Under the pieces are notes generated by a model. It did not search any database, was not told the DNA's origin, and saw only the letters and a list, made by a program, of their open reading frames with translations. Below are positions 57,052 to 64,000 of a DNA stretch of 64,000 bases, piece after piece. The stretch comes from a virus. A program made the position numbers and the translations under genes. Every line of letters begins with the position of its first letter. Positions within the stretch are counted from its first letter, which is position 1. Where the stretch lies: positions 1,438 through 65,437 of IMG/VR virus record IMGVR_UViG_3300038701_000531; one strand, given 5' to 3'.

Positions 57052-57418
57052 GCATGAGAGAATTGAGGTTAAAGACCTACCTAAAATAACTTGGATAAAA
57101 CTTATTTGTCATTGTGGAAAGGAATATAAAGCTAAAAGATCTGACCTACTACGTCATTATGGTTTATCTTGTTCTAAATCTTGTGCAGCTAAGAAAAGAA
57201 CCTATAAAAGACTTCATCCTAAATTAGCTGGTACAGATTTATATCTGTCTTATCTTAAGACTAAGACAGCTAAACGTAAAAATGAACCTAATGATATAAG
57301 ATATGTTGAGAGAGCTATAGCTAGAGATGAGGCTGCGAAGCAAGGAGGTTACTACCCCTTCGATAGCCCAGACGAAATGTATGCTGCTATGTGTGATAAC
57401 CCTGTGGAGGGACGATAA
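57041..57418 (+). CDS. Cys-rich hypothetical protein
   Basis: CHCG...SCSKSC. Confidence 0.65.
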   Translation: MSCKHERIEVKDLPKITWIKLICHCGKEYKAKRSDLLRHYGLSCSKSCAAKKRTYKRLHPKLAGTDLYLSYLKTKTAKRKNEPNDIRYVERAIARDEAAKQGGYYPFDSPDEMYAAMCDNPVEGR

Positions 57419-57630
57419 TGAGTTGTGAAATATGTGGTAGAAGTAGTTGCTGTAAATCTTTTCATTCTATAGAAGCCCAAATAGACTATGATGAGGTTGC
57501 TGATAGAGTTGAGGAAAGAATTAAGGCTAAAGTATTAAATATTTTATATCAAGCAGATGGATATCACAATGCTGAAGACACCTACGTAGTTTTATATGAT
57601 AAACTTGTAAAAGATATAGAGGATATGTAA
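57418..57630 (+). CDS. Cys-rich hypothetical protein
   Basis: MSCEICGRSSC..SFH. Confidence 0.6.
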   Translation: MSCEICGRSSCCKSFHSIEAQIDYDEVADRVEERIKAKVLNILYQADGYHNAEDTYVVLYDKLVKDIEDM

Positions 57631-57983
57631 TGTTCAAGGTTATCATAGCTGGAGGTAGAGATTTCAAGAAAGATAAAAATACTTTTGAAACTCTAGATAA
57701 AATACTAAGTAAACAACTTAAAGGTATAGAAGTTGTATCTGGAGGTGCTAGAGGTGCAGATGCAGTAGGAGAAGAATATGCTGTATCTAGAGGTTTAAAT
57801 ATTAGAGTCTTTGAAGCTGATTGGGATAAGTATGGTAAAAGTGCTGGTTATAGACGTAATGCTGAGATGGCTAATTACGGAAATGCACTTATAGCTTTCT
57901 GGGATGGGGCGTCTAGAGGAACTAAGAATATGATAGAATTGGCAGAAAAGAAAGGGTTGCCAATTAGAGTTATTAATTATTAA
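57630..57983 (+). CDS. SLOG-family (DUF2493/YspA-like) protein
   Basis: IIAGGRDF..VSGGARGAD..AGY.RN..M..AFWDG.SRGT. Confidence 0.88.
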   Translation: MFKVIIAGGRDFKKDKNTFETLDKILSKQLKGIEVVSGGARGADAVGEEYAVSRGLNIRVFEADWDKYGKSAGYRRNAEMANYGNALIAFWDGASRGTKNMIELAEKKGLPIRVINY

Positions 57984-57994
57984 GGAAATTAAAG

Positions 57995-58297
57995 ATGAAA
58001 ATAAATGTTGTAAATAAGTATAATCATACTCCATCTACAAATTATATATACATAGGAAGAGGTACTGCATTAGGAAACCCATTCCCTATTACAACTAAAG
58101 ACGATAGAGATGCTGTTTGTAATAAGTATGAGAATTACTTAAAAAATTTAAAGCCTTCAATGAAAGCACAATTGAACTCTATAGTAAACCTAGGTAGAGA
58201 GCATGGAGAGGTAAACTTAGTATGCTTCTGCGCTCCTAAGAGATGTCATGGAGATTCCATAAAAGCTTTAATTGAATCCAAATTAGGAGAAACATAA
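57995..58297 (+). CDS. DUF4326-like protein
   Basis: YIGRG..LGNPF...CFCAPKRCHGD. Confidence 0.85.
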   Translation: MKINVVNKYNHTPSTNYIYIGRGTALGNPFPITTKDDRDAVCNKYENYLKNLKPSMKAQLNSIVNLGREHGEVNLVCFCAPKRCHGDSIKALIESKLGET

Positions 58298-58518
58298 TGA
58301 TAGATGAAACTAAAGAATTACTTGAAGAATATGAAAATCTATGTAAAAATAGAGATTGGTATTTCTACTATTCAGATGATCATAGTGTGTGGTCAAGAGG
58401 TCAAGCTAACTTAGATCGATGTATCTATATAGTTAACTACCTTAAGCAGTTAGGACTTAAAGATAAAACAGTAGAGATATATAATAAGTATGCTCCTACA
58501 AAAGCTACAGTACAATGA
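58297..58518 (+). CDS. hypothetical protein
   Basis: 'DW.F.YSDD..VW.RG' phage motif. Confidence 0.65.
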   Translation: MIDETKELLEEYENLCKNRDWYFYYSDDHSVWSRGQANLDRCIYIVNYLKQLGLKDKTVEIYNKYAPTKATVQ

Positions 58519-58639
58519 GTGAAGATGTTATCACTGTAGTTAAAGAAACTAGGTGGTGTGAATTTGGTTTTTACGTAGTAGCCCTTACAAGTGATGGTAG
58601 GAAGTATATAATCTTTGGAGATGAATTAGAGGAGGATGA

Positions 58640-59719
58640 ATGAAAACAATAGAACTATCTTTAGCGCGTAATTATGTATCATCGTGGTCAACAGTAGACG
58701 CAGTGAGAGAATTAATTGCTAATGCCTTAGATGAAGGTGATCCATATATTGACACTATAGGCGATGACGAAATAATCATTGAGACAGAAACTGGTAAAAT
58801 ACCTATTGAATATCTCCTTATGGGGAGTGGCAGTAAAACAGAGGGTACTGATACTATAGGTCAATTCAATGAGGGACTAAAATTAGCACTACTAATCATT
58901 GCTAGAAATGATTTACCTCATGTAATATTAAATGGTGATGAACAATGGGAAGTTTATATAGCGAAATCTAATACATTTGGTATTGATTGTCTTCATATAG
59001 ATATCACAGAAAATACTTACAATTCTGATACCGATAAAGTTAGGTTTGAAATATCAGGATTACGTAGTGTACTAGGAGATATTAAAAGTAAGAATTTATG
59101 TTTCCAAGAAGACTTAGATGTTATATCTACTGATAATGGGGATATAATTAAAAATGACCACTTAAAAGGCCAAATCTTCTGTGGTGGTGTCTGGGTTTGT
59201 GAAGACTTAAGCTTTGATTATGGTTATAACTTCACCACTGATGTACTAAAACTTGATAGAGATCGTAGAAAAGTATCTACTTTTGATTTAGCTTGGCAGA
59301 CTAAAGAACTCTGGAACCTAGTTGATTCTGAGGAGGACGAAGAAGAATTAGTAGAAGCCATTCTAAAAGACAAATATGATGCTAAGTATGTAAATGGTTC
59401 TATGGTTAGTACTGAGGTTGCTAATAGAGTTCTTGAGCGGGCTACTAAAGACTTAGATGAGGACACTGTATTAACAGGTGATTGGGCTGAATATGATAAC
59501 CTTAGAGAGAGTAAAGTTAAGGTTAAATATATTAGTAGTGACGCTATAGCAAGTGTTATAACTAAAGCTACTAATTATAAGAAACCCCAAGAGTTTATAA
59601 AAATTGAAAAACCTATGGATATTTTAGTTGACTTTCATGAAAAATGGAGTGATAATATGGATTCAGACTTAGAGAGTGCTTTTAGTGAGTTAATTGATAA
59701 GTTAGATGGTTTAATTTAA
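58640..59719 (+). CDS. GHKL-family ATPase (rIIA/MORC-like N-terminus)
   Basis: RELIANALD, MGSGSK, IGQFNEGLK, LDRDR. Confidence 0.8.
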   Translation: MKTIELSLARNYVSSWSTVDAVRELIANALDEGDPYIDTIGDDEIIIETETGKIPIEYLLMGSGSKTEGTDTIGQFNEGLKLALLIIARNDLPHVILNGDEQWEVYIAKSNTFGIDCLHIDITENTYNSDTDKVRFEISGLRSVLGDIKSKNLCFQEDLDVISTDNGDIIKNDHLKGQIFCGGVWVCEDLSFDYGYNFTTDVLKLDRDRRKVSTFDLAWQTKELWNLVDSEEDEEELVEAILKDKYDAKYVNGSMVSTEVANRVLERATKDLDEDTVLTGDWAEYDNLRESKVKVKYISSDAIASVITKATNYKKPQEFIKIEKPMDILVDFHEKWSDNMDSDLESAFSELIDKLDGLI

Positions 59720-59740
59720 ACAACAAAAGGAGATACAAAA

Positions 59741-60022
59741 ATGAGCAACACAATTAATGTACAAGACTACTATTTACTAGACCAAGATAAGAACTTACCC
59801 ACTGAGGAATCTGTGGTGGCAAGCTTCAAAGGTGTAGTAGCTAGTGATAATGACCAAGTAGTTATCCAACAGCTATTAGTTGATGAGGATATCAAATCTG
59901 CTATCACTAGCCACAATGAAAAACGAGTTAAGTTAATTAATAAGGGCATTCTAGAACGTACTGGTAAAAAGGTTAACCTAGAACCTATCACTATTAAAAA
60001 TTTGACTTGGTTAATTAAGTAG
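59741..60022 (+). CDS. conserved phage hypothetical protein
   Basis: 93 aa, strong RBS. Confidence 0.7.
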   Translation: MSNTINVQDYYLLDQDKNLPTEESVVASFKGVVASDNDQVVIQQLLVDEDIKSAITSHNEKRVKLINKGILERTGKKVNLEPITIKNLTWLIK

Positions 60023-60030
60023 TATACTAT

Positions 60031-60053
60031 AACCCTCTTCGGAGGGTTTATTT
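60031..60053 (+). terminator. Rho-independent terminator
   Basis: AACCCTC-TTCG-GAGGGTT followed by a T-rich tract. Confidence 0.75.
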
Positions 60054-60070
60054 GTAAATAAGGAGGTCAT

Positions 60071-60495
60071 ATGGAATTTAATGGAGCAGCTCTATACACT
60101 GCTGAGGAAATTAAAAGAGCTTTAAATAATTATAAAGAATCATGTGATGTATATGAGATTGACTTAAAAAAAAAGCCAAACAAAAATATCTAAAAGATAA
60201 CACTCCTAAATATGAATATAAATTTAAGTGGTTTTATTTTAAAAAGATACCTATAAGTTCCCAAGAGATATTAGACGAAGACGTTGATGATTCTTATGGA
60301 AAATATAAAAGTATAAATAATAAACTAAATCTTCTAGGTTATTTAGAAGAATCTAGAATTGTAAGTGAATGGGGGTACTACTGGGATAAAACTATATCAA
60401 ACCAAATTAGACACCTAACTAATGGCGGTAAGGATGCTTACCTAAACCCAGAACAAGCTAGGTTTGTGAACAATTGGAAGGAGAACCAAGAATGA
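60071..60495 (+). pseudogene. hypothetical gene interrupted at an A9 run (60166-60174)
   Basis: AGGAGG RBS; frame 1 stops soon after the run; the alternate frame is open to a TGA overlapping the next ATG. Confidence 0.6.
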
Positions 60496-60899
60496 CAACA
60501 GTAAAAGAATACATAGATTTATACAACAAAGGTGAACTACGCCAATCACAACTGCATTCTATGATTGAAGCTATGATCTTTGAAATAGAGGATAAAGAAT
60601 CTGAGGAAGAAACTACTATTGAATCTTTTGGAGGTTTAAACTATAAAACTATCTTTGGACAAAAAGAATTTTATAATGGACATGGACAATTACAAGTAGA
60701 TGAGTTATCCTTAACTGAATGTCTTGGACTGATAAAACAATTAGGAGATAATAGTAAGGAAACTGATAAGCCTGTATATAATATTTTCTACTTATCTATA
60801 TTTCCAGAGAAAGAGGGATACTCAGGTAATATCCATCAGAGTGTTATAGGCGATGATATTTTATGGTTAACAATTAATAATCTTGATATAGAATTATAA
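60492..60899 (+). CDS. hypothetical protein
   Basis: Start moved to ATG 60492 (RBS GGAG). Confidence 0.6.
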   Translation: MTTVKEYIDLYNKGELRQSQLHSMIEAMIFEIEDKESEEETTIESFGGLNYKTIFGQKEFYNGHGQLQVDELSLTECLGLIKQLGDNSKETDKPVYNIFYLSIFPEKEGYSGNIHQSVIGDDILWLTINNLDIEL

Positions 60900-60916
60900 A
60901 TTATAGGAGGATACTG

Positions 60917-61471
60917 ATGACAATTATTGTAGGTTACAAAGATAAAAAGAATAAAAAAGTTATTATTGGTGGTGATACTAATGCTACTGGAGGTTGGCAC
61001 ACATCACGGAGATTAGATGGTAAAACCTTCACAGTACATGGTATATCCTATGGCTTCACATCTTCCTATCGGATGGGGCAGATTATTAAGTACCATATGC
61101 CAGAACTACTAAGCACTATAAGAAAGAAAGACCCTTTTAATTATGTTGTAAGTGTTCTTGTACCTGAATATCGAAGACTTTTAAAAGCACATGGTTATAA
61201 TGGAGAATATGACTCACACAATGATGTATCAGGGAGGTTTATTATAGCTATTGATGGTAATCTCTTTGCTATTGATAATGATTTCCAAGTAATTGAACCT
61301 AGAGATGACTATTTTGCTGTAGGTTGTGGCAGTGAATATGCTTTAGGAAGTTTATATCAAACCAGTACAGACAAAGATACTAGTATTAAAGATAAAGTAA
61401 TAAAAGCTTTAGATTGTGCTTGTTATTTTAGTGCTGGCTGCGGTGGCGAATATACTTTTGAGGAAAACTAG
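60917..61471 (+). CDS. HslV/proteasome-beta-like Ntn hydrolase
   Basis: N-terminal (M)T, GGD, K, 'AVGCGSEYALG'. Confidence 0.75.
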   Translation: MTIIVGYKDKKNKKVIIGGDTNATGGWHTSRRLDGKTFTVHGISYGFTSSYRMGQIIKYHMPELLSTIRKKDPFNYVVSVLVPEYRRLLKAHGYNGEYDSHNDVSGRFIIAIDGNLFAIDNDFQVIEPRDDYFAVGCGSEYALGSLYQTSTDKDTSIKDKVIKALDCACYFSAGCGGEYTFEEN

Positions 61472-61486
61472 AGGGTAAATTAATAT

Positions 61487-61687
61487 ATGAAAGATTTAGA
61501 TATAGGTACTAGGGTATCTACAACCCATAACTTTCTCTCAGATGGTGTAATTAAAGATCTTATTAAAAGCTACTGTGGCAGTTATGTAGTCTATTACTTA
61601 ATTAAATTAGATGAGAAAGCACCTAATCAGTATGCTTGGGAAACTGATGAGGTTTTATTAGATAGAAGTGAAATAAAGGAGAAATAA
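61487..61687 (+). CDS. hypothetical protein
   Basis: 66 aa. Confidence 0.55.
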   Translation: MKDLDIGTRVSTTHNFLSDGVIKDLIKSYCGSYVVYYLIKLDEKAPNQYAWETDEVLLDRSEIKEK

Positions 61688-62310
61688 TGACAACAGTAAT
61701 TACTTCATTTATGAGCAGTACTTATCAGGGAACAGAAGAAGATCTCTTAGCTGACCCTTATTTTAAGAACCTTCAACTGATATACCAAGAATTAAAAGAA
61801 AAGGGTTATTGTTATGTGTCAATACCTGATGGAGACTATGAAGGGAGTATAGCTAAATTTACAGTGGATGTAGATCAAATAAAGGATAAACTCTACTGGA
61901 GTATAGATAGGTATAATAACATTTATAATATGACTTCTTATTTTTCAGGGAGATTATCTTGGAAAGGTAGAAAGAATAATCCTAAATTTTTATTAACTTC
62001 TAGAAAGGTAACTGCCGTTTTTCTAAACTATGATGGTGAAGAAGTTTTCAGGCGTCTAGACTTTAATAAAATTAAAAAGGAATTATTAGAAAAGCCATTA
62101 TATGATATGAAAGGTGATGAATTATTTATAGGTGATAATGTACTATATATGAATCTTAGATATGGAAATGGTGGCAGGTTATCTATAGGAACTATTAAAG
62201 AATTCAAACCTCACGCTAGAGATGGTTATGTATCAGTTATTATCATCAACGAAGATGAAGAACAAAAGAGTGAGTGCAACTACCCACAGAATCAAGTGTA
62301 TAGATTATAG
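61687..62310 (+). CDS. hypothetical protein
   Basis: 207 aa. Confidence 0.65.
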   Translation: MTTVITSFMSSTYQGTEEDLLADPYFKNLQLIYQELKEKGYCYVSIPDGDYEGSIAKFTVDVDQIKDKLYWSIDRYNNIYNMTSYFSGRLSWKGRKNNPKFLLTSRKVTAVFLNYDGEEVFRRLDFNKIKKELLEKPLYDMKGDELFIGDNVLYMNLRYGNGGRLSIGTIKEFKPHARDGYVSVIIINEDEEQKSECNYPQNQVYRL

Positions 62311-62318
62311 GAGAAGTA

Positions 62319-63554
62319 ATGTCAATAGAAAGAGCAAAGCAGTTAATATCTGAAGGACATAATGTATGTGTACTAGGTTCTGGTGGTACAGGTAAGAGTA
62401 CATTAATTAGAGAATTAGACAATAATAGAACTCTAATTGGAGCGCCTACTGGAACTGCTGCTCTTAATGTTGGAGGAATGACTAATCATAGTTTATTTGG
62501 CTTATCTTATGGCCTACCAACAGAAAAGGATTGTACTACATTAAGTCAGTCCTTAATTAATCTATTTAGAGGGGATAAACCACCTAATAGACTAATCATT
62601 GAAGAAATATCTATGGTTAGAGCAGATACTCTAGACCTTATTGACACTAAATTACAACTACTAAAAGGTAACACTAAACCTTTTGGAGGTTTACAGGTAG
62701 TAGCCTTTGGAGACTTCTATCAAATAGAACCTATTGTATCAAGCTATGAAGAATCACTATTCTATGAGTACTACGATTCCCCTTTTGCTTTCGCTGCTAA
62801 TTGTTGGGATTTTAAAACAGAACAACTTAAGAAAGTATGGCGTCAAAGTGATATAAGACAAGTAGCAATGCTTAATTCTATCAGATGTAAAGATCATAAC
62901 TCAGAAAGAGCATTGAGATTAATCCAAGAAGAATCCTTGCCATATGAGAATAATTGTAGTAGTGTACTACACCTATGCGCTTATAGGAAAGACGCTGAAA
63001 GAATTAATAGCTACTGGTATAACCAATTAAAAGGTAAAGAGGAAGTATATTATGCCACTGTAGATGGCAAGCCCTCGGAGTTCGATGAAGCTCCTGTAAG
63101 CCATCAGGTGAGGTTAAAAGTAGGTTGTAGGGTGGTTATATGCGCTAATGGAAAAAGCTACGTGAATGGCTCTACAGGAACTGTGCTGGACACTAGTTAC
63201 CCAGTTAAAGTGAAGTTAGATAGTGGTAATATTGTAGAAGTAGAAGAACATACTTGGGAAGCTATGAGATACAACAAAGCTCTAGTTGGTGTAACTAAAA
63301 AGGCAATTGCCACTTTCACTCAACTTCCAATTATGCTAGGATATGCACAAACGATACACAAAGCTCAAGGAGCCACACTAGATGATGTAGCTCTTGATAT
63401 TGGCAGAGGTTGTTTTAGTCATGGTCAATTATATGTTGCTTTATCTAGACTACGTGATCTAAGAAAATTAAGAGTGGTACGTAGAATTCATAAAAGTAAT
63501 ATTGTTATTAGGCCAGAGGTTCAGGAATTTTATAAGAAACTGGAGGGAAGCTAA
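62319..63554 (+). CDS. Pif1/RecD-like SF1B DNA helicase
   Basis: GSGGTGKS, APTGTAA, EEISMV, FGDFYQI, TIHKAQG, GQLYVALSR. Confidence 0.92.
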   Translation: MSIERAKQLISEGHNVCVLGSGGTGKSTLIRELDNNRTLIGAPTGTAALNVGGMTNHSLFGLSYGLPTEKDCTTLSQSLINLFRGDKPPNRLIIEEISMVRADTLDLIDTKLQLLKGNTKPFGGLQVVAFGDFYQIEPIVSSYEESLFYEYYDSPFAFAANCWDFKTEQLKKVWRQSDIRQVAMLNSIRCKDHNSERALRLIQEESLPYENNCSSVLHLCAYRKDAERINSYWYNQLKGKEEVYYATVDGKPSEFDEAPVSHQVRLKVGCRVVICANGKSYVNGSTGTVLDTSYPVKVKLDSGNIVEVEEHTWEAMRYNKALVGVTKKAIATFTQLPIMLGYAQTIHKAQGATLDDVALDIGRGCFSHGQLYVALSRLRDLRKLRVVRRIHKSNIVIRPEVQEFYKKLEGS

Positions 63555-63932
63555 ATGTTTGGTAAAATTGAGGATAATAAATACTCCTTCAAACTTAAAT
63601 TATATCATCATAAAATAGAGGATGAATTTTTAGAGGATTTGGACAGTAGTATTGAGTATAAACCTACGTGTATACATGATGACTTTATACCTACTGAAGA
63701 CGCTTCAAACTATATAGTATTAGACGCTTTTTATGATATACAAGCTTTTGATAAAAATTATGTAGAAGATAAAGTTTATTGTACTTTAATTGATATAGAG
63801 GTTAGTAATTACACTAATTACATGGGAGAAGCTGATCAAAATATCTATAGTAGAATACTATCTCATGAAGTTATAAGTGATGATGTAGATAAATGGTACA
63901 AAGAAAATGTACTGGAGAAAAGTTATGAGTAA
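63555..63932 (+). CDS. hypothetical protein
   Basis: 125 aa, acidic. Confidence 0.6.
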   Translation: MFGKIEDNKYSFKLKLYHHKIEDEFLEDLDSSIEYKPTCIHDDFIPTEDASNYIVLDAFYDIQAFDKNYVEDKVYCTLIDIEVSNYTNYMGEADQNIYSRILSHEVISDDVDKWYKENVLEKSYE

Positions 63933-64000
63933 TGAAAGTATAGTGTCATGGATAATATTTATATTATTCTGTTTTATAATGATTGGTTTGAGTTCTTTAG

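Noticed and set aside
3377-59991. Short opposite-strand ORFs in the track (e.g. 3377..3574, 11760..12047, 30876..31301, 32826..33422, 59224..59466)
   Set aside because: They are antisense shadows of well-supported genes, with no RBS or recognisable motifs.

Overview
Part of an AT-rich, lytic dsDNA myovirus genome with a Felixounavirus/rV5-like gene set. The host is probably a marine gammaproteobacterium (inference). There are three transcription blocks. (1) 1-15.9 kb, + strand: replication and nucleotide metabolism (exonuclease, HNH, metallophosphoesterase, MazG-like, thyX, nrdB, nrdA), two tRNAs, and a compositionally foreign 2.5-kb array of eight small genes whose junctions all carry a TAACAGA motif. 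(2) 15.9-51.5 kb, - strand: the complete morphogenesis module (terS/terL, portal, protease, capsid, neck, sheath, two tube paralogs, G/GT chaperone with a -1 frameshift, tape measure, baseplate, fibres, holin/spanins) and two more tRNAs. (3) 52-64 kb, + strand: macrodomain, lysozyme, PhoH, Dam, SLOG, GHKL ATPase, HslV-like protease, Pif1-like helicase. Manual reconstruction shows the tape-measure gene split by two group I introns around a 16-nt micro-exon. The terminase large subunit gene carries two group I introns, a class 3 (Ala1, WCT) LAGLIDADG intein and an in-frame UGA in a CAG-UGA-CAA 'stop-hop' context. No integrase, CRISPR array or reverse transcriptase was seen. Family assignments come from motif recognition by eye; no database searches were run.
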